Shown piece after piece: positions 1 to 8,558 of a DNA stretch of 64,000 nucleotides (position 1 is its first letter; every line of letters begins with the position of its first letter). Made by a program: the position numbers and the translations under genes. Below the pieces are notes generated by a model. It was given only the letters and a program-made list of their open reading frames with translations, made no database searches and had not been told where the DNA came from. Location of the stretch: sequence record NC_048668.1; one strand, 5' to 3'.

Positions 1-2
1 AA

Positions 3-224
3 TTAGAGCTATCGGTGAGGGAACAAGATCATCACTTCGAAGAATACCGTAGACATAATGCTGATGTTAACGTTCTGGCTAACCGCCAACGGGAAATAAT
101 GCATTTACACGGTATTGCTGAATGTCTGGATCGTGGGGTATTGGCTGAGGAAATAGCCTACTACCTGGACGCTCCAGTATCAGAGATCGAAGAGAAGATT
201 GAGAAGATCAAGTCGTTTAAGTAA
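3..224 (+). CDS. hypothetical protein, 5-prime partial; C-terminal HTH-like segment
   Basis: Frame is open from the window edge to TAA at 222-224; contains IAYYLDAPVSEIEE; followed by a terminator hairpin. Confidence 0.6.
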   Translation, partial: LELSVREQDHHFEEYRRHNADVNVLANRQREIMHLHGIAECLDRGVLAEEIAYYLDAPVSEIEEKIEKIKSFK

Positions 225-231
225 ATAAATG

Positions 232-255
232 AGGTAGGGTTAATTCCCTACCTTT
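232..255 (+). terminator. intrinsic terminator
   Basis: aggtaggg-ttaatt-ccctacct followed by T residues. Confidence 0.75.
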
Positions 256-285
256 ATTCTGTCTTATCATAAAGGGTAATTGTAA

Positions 286-447
286 ATGCATATTTTAATT
301 CTGTTGGTTCTCTGGGTTATCGGCTCTTATGTTGTTGCTAATCGTGCGCAGTCTAAGGGCGGTAATTTCAAAACGTGATTCTGGATCTCTATGATCTTCG
401 ATCCACTCGGTGGCTACGTGATCTATAAGCTCCTGTTACGCAAATAA
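286..447 (+). pseudogene. small two-TM membrane protein with in-frame TGA at 376-378
   Basis: MHILILLVLWVIGSYVVANRAQSKGGNFKT*FWISMIFDPLGGYVIYKLLLRK; hydrophobic pattern continues in frame past the TGA. Confidence 0.55.
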
Positions 448-457
448 ACATAACACT

Positions 458-487
458 CCCTCAGTAGACCTAATGGTCTACTGAGGG
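458..487 (+). terminator. strong hairpin terminator
   Basis: ccctcagtagacc-taat-ggtctactgaggg, 13-bp perfect stem. Confidence 0.75.
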
Positions 488-516
488 GATTGTACCCATT
501 TCCAATTTTTTTGGTG

Positions 517-549
517 TCTATATAACCGTGGCGCAAGGGTAGAAGTAAT
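517..549 (+). promoter_or_regulatory. class B promoter-like motif TCTATATAACC-NN-GGCG...AGTAAT
   Basis: Near-identical copies at 517, 1438 and 27823, each intergenic and upstream of a + strand operon. Confidence 0.7.
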
Positions 550-730
550 ACCTTTGTTAAAATCACAAACCTGCCTCTAAAGGGGAAATACTGTAATCAG
601 ATAGAAACCATATACTCCTATTGAAGTACTTAACCAGTTTTGACTTACGGACTACGTGAGTCGAAGAGCGTGTACAATCGTACACGTTAAACTGAGTTCC
701 GGAACATTCGTCCGGAATAGGAGCACTACC

Positions 731-1330
731 ATGGAAATCGACTACGATTTCAAAACACCTAGTTTATGGATTGACAAAGGTGTTGTCGAAGACGCTAAGA
801 GATTTAAGTCTCTTAATAAATCCGGCAAGAAAAAGTTCATTGAAGAACTAAACGACTACGCCAGTAAAATGGACGCGACTGACTACTCTAGTGATGGATT
901 GAATCTACTTTGTACTCTTCTTGATAATATCGAGAAGGGATATGACGTAGAGGCATCTAAGGTGGTTATCTACTGCTTGTTGAAGCGCGTTGGTTTCAAT
1001 GAGCTCGCCGAGAAGTTAGAGTCAGCTACTATGGAATCGTTATTAGTTAAAACGATTTTGAAGAAAGCGGCTCGTACGTTGTTATTCTTTATCTGTACAA
1101 CATACTTAAAGTCCTTTTCGATATCAGCTTTCATAGCTAAGTTTGCTTATGAATTCATGATACTAGTCGAAAAACGACTGGCGTTGATTAAAGCTGTTTT
1201 TAGATACTTTACCGTTAAAGGACATAAAGAGAAGACTGGGGACAACCAGTCTTCTCTGATTTACGGTCTTGGTACTAAGATCAGTTTGGTTTTCACTTTC
1301 TTAAAAAAGGAAGTGGAGGAATATCTATAA
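731..1330 (+). CDS. hypothetical protein (199 aa)
   Basis: RBS TAGGAG at 718-723 precedes ATG 731; the GTG at 656 in the ORF track is unlikely. Confidence 0.7.
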   Translation: MEIDYDFKTPSLWIDKGVVEDAKRFKSLNKSGKKKFIEELNDYASKMDATDYSSDGLNLLCTLLDNIEKGYDVEASKVVIYCLLKRVGFNELAEKLESATMESLLVKTILKKAARTLLFFICTTYLKSFSISAFIAKFAYEFMILVEKRLALIKAVFRYFTVKGHKEKTGDNQSSLIYGLGTKISLVFTFLKKEVEEYL

Positions 1331-1437
1331 GATACTGAGGAGATAAACTACCACTAGGCCCGTGTTACCGCAACGGGCCAATACCCTTTTCATAAAAAGA
1401 AAAGGTACGTAAAAATTGATTTCCATTACTTTTCAAG

Positions 1438-1469
1438 TCTATATAACCTAGGCGAATATCCAGAGTAAT
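1438..1469 (+). promoter_or_regulatory. class B promoter-like motif
   Basis: ttttcaag-TCTATATAACCTAGGCGAATATCCAGAGTAAT, almost identical to 27815-27855. Confidence 0.7.
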
Positions 1470-1505
1470 CTGGTCTTTTATCATACTTTATTTAGGAAAA
1501 TCACC

Positions 1506-1841
1506 ATGTTCAACAAACTGAAATCTCACCCAATCGTAAACCGCATCAAAGCTATCGCTCAGAAAGTTCCAGTGATCAAAGTAGAGATCATGACTATCTC
1601 TGAAAACGATTCCGCTCTGCAGGTTGAAGTGAAACAGACTCTGAACTTCGGTCTGTCTGTAATCATGACCATCGCTCTGCTGGTAACTCTGGCAAACCTG
1701 ATCGCAGTCACTTGGCCTATCCTGGCGTTCTACTCTGTTGTTCGTCTGTGCAACCGTGCTAGCCAAGCGTACAACAACTGGGCAGCTAAGCGTAAGGAAA
1801 CCGAAACTCAAACCCCTGAAGCAGAACCAGTAACTGCGTAA
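1506..1841 (+). CDS. membrane protein, probable paralog of 1938..2388
   Basis: RBS AGGAA; hydrophobic stretch FGLSVIMTIALLVTLANLIAVTWPILAF; biased codon usage. Confidence 0.8.
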   Translation: MFNKLKSHPIVNRIKAIAQKVPVIKVEIMTISENDSALQVEVKQTLNFGLSVIMTIALLVTLANLIAVTWPILAFYSVVRLCNRASQAYNNWAAKRKETETQTPEAEPVTA

Positions 1842-1937
1842 TAGCTCGATAACCCAAACTGTCGCGACCAGTGAGGGATCATCGAGGATCGTTCTATCAC
1901 AAACTCCAATCCATCATCTAATATTGAGGAAAACATT

Positions 1938-2388
1938 ATGTTTCACTAAAGCTAAATCTTTCATCCGTAATATCGTCTCTCGTGCTAAAGCTGAGAAAAT
2001 CGAAGTGCTGACCGTTGAGCTGGTAGAAGTTCAGGACGTTGCTACTGCAGTTAAAACTGCTAAGAGCCGTCGTAACAAAGCCTTCGCAATCAACATGATT
2101 GCAAACTGCATCGTTTCGTTCTCCTTCGGTTACGCGTTCATGTTCATCCTGTGCCTGTTCCCAGAAATCGTTCTGGCTCTGTGCACCCTGTTCGCTTTCA
2201 TTAAATGCGTCGATAAGATTGCCAACTTCTTTGCGGCGCGCGATGTTAACTCCACTAAAGCTCACCACGCTAACATGGAAGTAATCCTGAGCGTCTTCGG
2301 CGGTGAGGCTGTCAGCAATGTTCTGGATAAAAAATCTAAGTCGTCCAAGGAGGTGGCGGCTGACGATGGTGTAGTTGCTGCAGCGTAA
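1938..2388 (+). CDS. membrane protein; +1 base at 1941-1943
   Basis: RBS GAGGAA then ATG TTT CAC TAA; removing one T gives MFTKAKSFIRNIV..., continuous with the ORF-track frame. Confidence 0.7.
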
Positions 2389-2451
2389 TAAACAGACGGC
2401 GGTGGTAATCCCACCGCCAATTATTTAAACTTGTTCAAAAGGTATATCCTA

Positions 2452-2625
2452 ATGGAACTGATCTTCTTGATGGTACTTCTCATCGTACTGCTGTCTTTCG
2501 TCACCAAATACCGTCCGAGCTTCATTACCGTGTTAGCGCTCAATCTCGCTATTGATGAGATCGGTATTAGAATCGCGCAGATGGCTTTCCGTGGCCTGGG
2601 CTCTGCTTTTAGTCGGGGTAATTGA
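2452..2625 (+). CDS. small membrane protein
   Basis: MELIFLMVLLIVLLSFV..., hydrophobic. Confidence 0.65.
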   Translation: MELIFLMVLLIVLLSFVTKYRPSFITVLALNLAIDEIGIRIAQMAFRGLGSAFSRGN

Positions 2626-2626
2626 A

Positions 2627-2824
2627 ATGGTACTAATCACTCTGTTGATGCTCATGTTCGTATTCGCTGAATGTAAGAACCCTATCTTGCGTTTCATTGC
2701 GAACATCGTATTCAAAATGTGTTACTGGATCGGGATGACCTATATTGTCATCGTAGGGACTTTCCTGAAACTGTTAACATTCATCTACGCTTCCATCTTC
2801 GGTCGCCGTAATTCTTTAGCTTAA
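2627..2824 (+). CDS. small membrane protein
   Basis: ATG 1 nt after upstream TGA; MVLITLLMLMFVFAEC..., two hydrophobic segments. Confidence 0.65.
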   Translation: MVLITLLMLMFVFAECKNPILRFIANIVFKMCYWIGMTYIVIVGTFLKLLTFIYASIFGRRNSLA

Positions 2825-2835
2825 GGAGTTTAATC

Positions 2836-3117
2836 ATGATCAGTAAATTGATGATGTTCCTGTTCGTCATGACGGTATTCGTCTTGAACGCAGCAGCCGG
2901 TTTCGTAGTTACCATTGTCATGCTGATTTCTTGGATCGCCTCTAAGGTGTACAACGATGCGGCAGTGGGCTACGTGATCAACGTAACTGCTCTGATTGCC
3001 ATGGGTATCATCTTTGGCATCGATGCGGTAGTTCCAGTAATTGCTTTGGCGGTACTGTTCAAGGTATCTGCGGAAGTCATTAAGACAATGGCTACTCCAG
3101 TACCAGCAGTGGCCTGA
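2836..3117 (+). CDS. small multi-TM membrane protein
   Basis: RBS AAGGAG; almost entirely hydrophobic 93 aa. Confidence 0.8.
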   Translation: MISKLMMFLFVMTVFVLNAAAGFVVTIVMLISWIASKVYNDAAVGYVINVTALIAMGIIFGIDAVVPVIALAVLFKVSAEVIKTMATPVPAVA

Positions 3118-3191
3118 TCGAAAAATACTCTAATAAAGAGTATTATGCTTTTGTTAACAACCCACTCAACTTAGTAAAAGGAAAGTGAAAT

Positions 3192-4167
3192 ATGGCAACT
3201 CCAAAAGTAGTAGACTTCTTTGACACCAACGCAGCGGCGGCTAAACCTCAACGTACCGGTTCGCAAGTTCCGTAGCTGGGCCAATGGTCAGCTGAACAAG
3301 GCTGAAAAAGAAGCCGGTCTGAGCCTGGTCGGCTTCCCTAAGCCGGTAGGTAAATCCGGCAAACATCACTGGTCGAATCGTGCCCTGTCTAAATGGGCTA
3401 AGGTGAACAACGCAGCACTGGTTACTCTGGGTTACCATGTTAAGGTAGCTGAGAAGAAGACCGTTCAAACTATCGGCACTGCTGAACTGACTCGCGAATA
3501 CGGTATTTCCGCAACCCGTCTGAATATGCTGGCGAAAGCAACTGGCGTGACTCGGGAAGAGGCTGGAGCAGGAATGTCCTTGGGCGGATTCCCTAAACCG
3601 ATAAAAGTCGGGGCTGCAAATCTCTGGCCTAAAGTAGCGATCCGTAAGTGGTTCAAAGCTAACAAGGATGCCCTGGAGCATCTCGGTTATATCCCTTCAT
3701 TTAACAAAAAGGCTGCTAAACCAGCTAACGCCGCTAAGGCAATCAAACCTAAGGCGCTGAAACAACCGGTCGTTAAGGCGAGCAAGAAAGTTGAAACGGC
3801 GCCGGATATTCTGGGCGAAGAAAACACAAAGAGAAAGCCGAGCTACTCTGCGACGATCTCCGCTCCGGATAATTTGAAATTCCTTATTGCCACTAAGCCC
3901 GGTAGTTCGGTTAGAGCGTCCTCTATCTCCGTCGCCAGCACGGATGTAGAAACCGCCCTCATCGCACTGGCTGAACTGTTAAAACCCGTCGTCGTCGTTA
4001 GCACCAACGCTACGGCTCGTCTTGTCATGAGCAAGTACAATGCTCAACTCAAAGAACTGATGGGTGACGCGGGACAGCTCACTAAACTGAGTAACGACTT
4101 TGAAAAGCGTCTGATGGACGTTCAACGTCTGTCGTCCGGTATCGAGATCGCTGTAACTAAACTGTAA
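3192..4167 (+). CDS. putative DNA-binding protein with two AlpA/Xis-like FPKP repeats; +1 base at 3246-3247
   Basis: ATG 3192 (MATPKVVDFFDTNAAAAK) joins the 3220 frame after removing one C; repeats GFPKPVGKSGKHHWSNRALSKW and GFPKPIKVGAANLWPKVAIRKW. Confidence 0.65.
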
Positions 4168-4237
4168 TATCCCTACCCGAGTAGAGAGGAATAACCCTCT
4201 CTACTTATACTCTTTTTTAACATCAGGAATAAATATC

Positions 4238-4681
4238 ATGAAGAAACTCACCGCTGTTATCGCACTGACCGCCGCTCTGTTCTCCGCCAATACCCTGGCC
4301 GGTACATGGGGCTCGTCCTGGGCACAAGGAACCACTGAGGTTATTAACAATAACGCAAACGGTTCCTCTGTAAACTTCTCCTGTTCGGACGATGGCGATA
4401 AGCGCATTCTGTTCGTAGATACTGCAGATGGCCGTCGCTACGACAGCGAAACTGACAGTTACACTATCGTTGCTAAAATCGATGGTAACGAAGTTCAGTT
4501 CGTTTCTACCCTTAGCCGCGTTGGTGAGGCGAACTGGGCGTACTTCTGGAAGAAGGCGGAAACTGTGAAATCCAAAACCATCACAGTGATCGTCCCTAAC
4601 CACAAACCGTTCACTGTATCCACCGCAGGCCTGAAAGCTGTCGCAAAAGACAAATCGCTGAAAGACTGCTTCTTTAAATAA
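4238..4681 (+). CDS. secreted/periplasmic protein
   Basis: Classical Sec signal MKKLTAVIALTAALFSANTLA; RBS AGGAA. Confidence 0.8.
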   Translation: MKKLTAVIALTAALFSANTLAGTWGSSWAQGTTEVINNNANGSSVNFSCSDDGDKRILFVDTADGRRYDSETDSYTIVAKIDGNEVQFVSTLSRVGEANWAYFWKKAETVKSKTITVIVPNHKPFTVSTAGLKAVAKDKSLKDCFFK

Positions 4682-4692
4682 TCGAGGTATCG

Positions 4693-4992
4693 ATGAAGTT
4701 CGAAATTGATAAAGGCCTTCTGCAATTCCTGTACGCTGACGACACAGGTACTTACGCCGTAGTCGGTGCGCCAGGGAAACGTGACTTCTCACTCAACCTT
4801 CGTTCCGGTGTCTACAAACAGGTTTCATTCGCTGATTTCGGCTCAAAGCCTAAAGACGGCGATAAGATCTACTTCGACGTCAACGGGACTTTCGTCACTC
4901 TCGTTAAAAAGGCGAAGAGTACTGAAAAAGTTAACGAAGGGAAAGGTGGCATGGGCAAAGGCTCAAAAACTTTCCGTGAACACTGCTTCTAA
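4693..4992 (+). CDS. hypothetical protein
   Basis: RBS GAGGT; followed by terminator hairpin near 5003-5030. Confidence 0.75.
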   Translation: MKFEIDKGLLQFLYADDTGTYAVVGAPGKRDFSLNLRSGVYKQVSFADFGSKPKDGDKIYFDVNGTFVTLVKKAKSTEKVNEGKGGMGKGSKTFREHCF

Positions 4993-5060
4993 CGGGGCAT
5001 AGGAGAGGGCATTTAGCCCTCTCTTTATTTTTTGTTTCATTGACAAATAAGGAGATCGTT

Positions 5061-5588
5061 TTGTCCATTATTCTTTATCACAAGGGTGTTATTGCTGCTG
5101 ACTCAAGAGGGATTATTGATCAGGGGAAATACACAGAGCGTTTGTGTGGTATGCTCAAGCTATTCTCATTCGGCGGGAAAGTCGTTATGGGGATGGTTGG
5201 CGATAACACGACTATTGACTGGGCGTGTAAAGAGTTCTTTTATTTCAGTGAGAAAGTCATTGAAATGGAAGAGGGGGATTTAGATACGCTTCCATTATCT
5301 AAAGACATCCTGGAACGATACGGTATGGAAGACTCTACCCGTACGCTTTGCTTCATGACACGTAGACACCATTACTACGTCGGGGTGACTGGTATCATAC
5401 GCTGGGAGAAAGGTATCCCATGGGCAGCTGGTAACGGAATGCGTACTGCTCTGCAATCGTTATCTAACGGATTCGATGTAGAGTCATCGGTGCGGAACGC
5501 CATATTGATGAATCCTGATTGCGGTGGCACGGTAGTCATTCACCATGCTAAAGATCTGGAGCTTATCAAAAGGAAGAAATCTAAATGA
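5061..5588 (+). CDS. Ntn-hydrolase / HslV-proteasome-beta-like protein
   Basis: RBS TAAGGAG (5048-5054) then TTG 5061 gives M-SIILYHKGVIAADSR, like T-T-I-x4-G-V-x-A-A-D-S/T-R; also WAAGNG and C-terminal CGGTV. Confidence 0.65.
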   Translation: MSIILYHKGVIAADSRGIIDQGKYTERLCGMLKLFSFGGKVVMGMVGDNTTIDWACKEFFYFSEKVIEMEEGDLDTLPLSKDILERYGMEDSTRTLCFMTRRHHYYVGVTGIIRWEKGIPWAAGNGMRTALQSLSNGFDVESSVRNAILMNPDCGGTVVIHHAKDLELIKRKKSK

Positions 5589-6049
5589 AAAACTTCGCAG
5601 CTTTCTACGATGATAAAGTCATCTTTAGTACGAAGATCCAAAAGAGTTCAGGACTACCGACTACCCTTAGTTGGGATTCTCTATTCACGCCACATGGATT
5701 CATTGTCCCCTACTCCCTAAGCTGTTTCGCTATCCTTGATATCATCGAAGACAACAAGGTTCCCGTTGATCGTTCCGGTGAAATGCTAGGGATGCTCATT
5801 ACTCCCGAGGGTAGGGTTTACGAGTATGCGGTAGGGAGTAACAACAAAGTTATCTGTAACCGTCTGGTAATCGGTAAAGGTTTCCGTCATTGCCGTTCTG
5901 CCGATTACCTTACTGAAGATACAATGAACTCTGCGATCCACTTAACAACCAGTCCAGAAGCAGCGTTGGATTGGTTCCACAAAACGTTGCCGACATTCAC
6001 TAACAGTTACTTCGTGATGGGTGTCGACGACATCGTAGCCAAGATTTAA
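5585..6049 (+). CDS. hypothetical protein, possibly a degenerate Ntn-fold partner
   Basis: Four-base overlap with upstream gene; similar secondary-structure pattern. Confidence 0.6.
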   Translation: MKNFAAFYDDKVIFSTKIQKSSGLPTTLSWDSLFTPHGFIVPYSLSCFAILDIIEDNKVPVDRSGEMLGMLITPEGRVYEYAVGSNNKVICNRLVIGKGFRHCRSADYLTEDTMNSAIHLTTSPEAALDWFHKTLPTFTNSYFVMGVDDIVAKI

Positions 6050-6061
6050 GGAAAAGGGTCT

Positions 6062-6685
6062 ATGAACGAAATAGAAAAAGATGAGGTTGTCACCAGCAGG
6101 CCTCCAGCTACTGATCGCGCTACGCTTTACGATGTACTGAACGTAGACATCAATAAAGTGGTTCTCCGTGTACGTGGTCGCGTTACGCCGGTTGATGCAG
6201 CTAAACGGCTGTTGGCTTTGGTGGAAACTGCTAGAAGTAAATACTCGGGTGAACATTCGATCGATCTTCATGTCGTTTCTGATCATCGTTACATGATCAT
6301 CGAACGTAATAACGACATCATTGAGTTCGGTGGCGTCGATACTACCAGTGACCGTGTCGCCTCAGTTAATCTGTCTTTAGAGGTTGCTATACTGGATCGC
6401 GGTATCGAATTCCTCACCAAGTTCATTGAGATAAAGTCTGCGGAAGTTGATCAGATTTTACTCGGCGGCGGCCGTGCTATTAGTTGCCCGGCTGTAATTG
6501 AGAAATACTTCGAAGCTGAAGAGATCGAACTCTTACGCGATGAGTCTGAGTTACCTCAACTAAAGATGTTTAAACCTAAGGGGATGAACATCCCAGGGAA
6601 CAACCGATCCATCCACAACAAAGTTAAACCAGGGAAATTCTTCAACAAAAACAGGAACTTCCGTTCTTCTGGTCGGGGCAGATAA
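6062..6685 (+). CDS. hypothetical protein
   Basis: 207-aa ORF with upstream purine-rich RBS. Confidence 0.75.
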   Translation: MNEIEKDEVVTSRPPATDRATLYDVLNVDINKVVLRVRGRVTPVDAAKRLLALVETARSKYSGEHSIDLHVVSDHRYMIIERNNDIIEFGGVDTTSDRVASVNLSLEVAILDRGIEFLTKFIEIKSAEVDQILLGGGRAISCPAVIEKYFEAEEIELLRDESELPQLKMFKPKGMNIPGNNRSIHNKVKPGKFFNKNRNFRSSGRGR

Positions 6686-6855
6686 TTTCCCCTTGATTCT
6701 ATGATTCCGGGAAGTAAGCAGTACAAATAACCCCTCCCTTTTGGGAGGGATTCTTAAGAGGGTCGTCCCTCTTTTTTTGTTCCCTTATTTTTTCAAATAC
6801 TCTTTAAATAGTTTAGTAACAACTAGACTATCACCCCTCCTTTAAGGAATAAACC

Positions 6856-7014
6856 ATGCAACAGTCAGCACCTGCTAATGTAGCAGAAGTAAAACCAGAG
6901 AACGCTTATTTCGAATCTGGTTCAAACGAGCAACCTGTGTCAGTCTCTCAATGCGACTTCCATTACGGTAGCCTGGACGGCCTGGCAACCATTATGGCAA
7001 ACCCTCAGCACTAA
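6856..7014 (+). CDS. small hypothetical protein (52 aa), absent from ORF track
   Basis: RBS TAAGGA then ATG 6856: MQQSAPANVAEVKPENAYFESGSNEQPVSVSQCDFHYGSLDGLATIMANPQH. Confidence 0.6.
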   Translation: MQQSAPANVAEVKPENAYFESGSNEQPVSVSQCDFHYGSLDGLATIMANPQH

Positions 7015-7025
7015 GGAAAATAAAC

Positions 7026-7295
7026 GTGACTAAAGATCTTTCTTCCTATTTCAAACCAGCCGCCGATTCTACTGCTCTGCCAGGTCAAACTCGTGGCGAA
7101 ACTAAATTAACAACGACCTTCGACGAGCTCCCTGTAACTGGCGCCGGCGCAAAGGTTATCGATCAAAGTGGTGATTCCCTGGATTCTCTGTTCGACGGCA
7201 TCGATTTCGACGCGGTAGCTGCTCGTAACGAAGAGCGGGCTGAAAGCGGTGAAGAGTTCGTCGATGACGGCGACTGCGAAGGCTGCAAGATCTGA
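7026..7295 (+). CDS. small acidic protein ending in CxxC-KI (NrdA C-terminal tail-like)
   Basis: RBS AAGGAA; C-terminus EEFVDDGDCEGCKI. Confidence 0.7.
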   Translation: MTKDLSSYFKPAADSTALPGQTRGETKLTTTFDELPVTGAGAKVIDQSGDSLDSLFDGIDFDAVAARNEERAESGEEFVDDGDCEGCKI

Positions 7296-7310
7296 AGATA
7301 ATTTCAGGTC

Positions 7311-7328
7311 TATATTACTTTAATGATA
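7311..7328 (+). promoter_or_regulatory. early promoter TATATTAC-N5-TGATA
   Basis: Matches the published phiKZ early motif TATATTAC; the same bipartite motif occurs at 25376, 39930, 56687 and 61874. Confidence 0.8.
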
Positions 7329-7407
7329 ATCGAATCAGTCGATTAAATCGAGAGTAGGATTTTCCTACTCTCTACTATTTTACAATTTAGTTTAGAGAGA
7401 TTTACAC

Positions 7408-7782
7408 ATGAGCGTTACATCTTTGACCAAAGTCCGTTTACCGATTCCATCTTTCTGGCGTCAAAGCGATTTGGAAAAGATCGCAAAAGCTTTGAACAAC
7501 CGTAGCGTGGTACTGGGTGAAACTAACCCTACCTTCCCAGTTAAAGAACCGGGTCGCTTCTACGAAATCAAAAAGCCAACGCATCGCCTGGAAAACTTCC
7601 GTGCTACTGACGGACAGTTAACCGCAAGTGTTAAGATCATCGACCCTGAAGTGCTGGGTGACATTATCGATGGTCGTTCTTACAATTTCAGTATCCGTCG
7701 TAACAATGACGTTTTCGCTAAAGACGGTAGTACTTGCTCAAGTGCTCCTGGTCTGATCGCGATCGATATCCGTTTTAACTAG
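7408..7782 (+). CDS. hypothetical protein, possibly prohead-protease-like fold
   Basis: VLGETNP...PTHRLENF...GQLTASVKII, loosely like the GElgHP/SH pattern. Confidence 0.6.
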   Translation: MSVTSLTKVRLPIPSFWRQSDLEKIAKALNNRSVVLGETNPTFPVKEPGRFYEIKKPTHRLENFRATDGQLTASVKIIDPEVLGDIIDGRSYNFSIRRNNDVFAKDGSTCSSAPGLIAIDIRFN

Positions 7783-7829
7783 CCGTTGTGAAGTACGAGT
7801 AATTCACTGGCAATACCAGGGAAACCATT

Positions 7830-8123
7830 ATGTCTGAACTTAAACAAATAGAGGAAGCGATGATGAACATGAGCCAAGTAGAAAAGGAAGAAATGTCGGA
7901 TGCCCTGATCTCCCTTCAGTTGTGCAACTACAACAACCCGACTAACAACGTCGCGATTAAGAACTGCGCTGCATCTATCCGTGGCCGGGCACTGACTTTA
8001 CCGGTACGTGATCTGATGCATCTGGTTCAGATGTCGCCGCAACCACTGCGTTCAGTTATCAACGCGCTGCAGAAGTACCGTCCAACTGACTTGAAGGAAG
8101 GTACGTTGTCAATACACCGTTAA
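7830..8123 (+). CDS. hypothetical protein
   Basis: ORF in a tightly packed operon. Confidence 0.7.
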   Translation: MSELKQIEEAMMNMSQVEKEEMSDALISLQLCNYNNPTNNVAIKNCAASIRGRALTLPVRDLMHLVQMSPQPLRSVINALQKYRPTDLKEGTLSIHR

Positions 8124-8133
8124 CAGGTGGAAC

Positions 8134-8553
8134 ATGGCATTCAACACAACACCAAGGAAACGCGTCCTCGTACTCGGGGACGTACCTATTTATTTCAAGG
8201 CGTACGCGAAAGCATACCGTCTTGATATAAACGACATCGCTAACGCGCTATTACAAGGTGTAGCCTATGTCCTCTCCAACGAATGGGACGCAAACAGCGA
8301 CCGTGATGAGAACTTCTCTATGGCGATTCAAGACTACCTTTATTGGGAGTATGAATTAGCTCAGATAACGGAAGAGGACTTGCAGCACTTAATAGATCGT
8401 TGGGAAGAGATCATTCATAGCGTACTGGTAAACAACCGGTTAGATTGGTTAATTCGGATGGCGGAAAGTAACGGACTTGACGTCGATAGTTGTCGAGATC
8501 GTTTCAAAGCTCGCGTCGTCAAGAATCGATTAGAGATCGAATTCCTGAGGTAA
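8134..8553 (+). CDS. acidic hypothetical protein
   Basis: RBS AGGTGG; layout resembles the 40-44 kb array members. Confidence 0.7.
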   Translation: MAFNTTPRKRVLVLGDVPIYFKAYAKAYRLDINDIANALLQGVAYVLSNEWDANSDRDENFSMAIQDYLYWEYELAQITEEDLQHLIDRWEEIIHSVLVNNRLDWLIRMAESNGLDVDSCRDRFKARVVKNRLEIEFLR

Positions 8554-8558
8554 GAAAG

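Noticed and set aside
376-378. Genome-wide TGA-to-Trp recoding
   Set aside because: Many well-supported genes end in TGA (ligase 11119-11121, 3117, 7295) and ATGA overlaps are common
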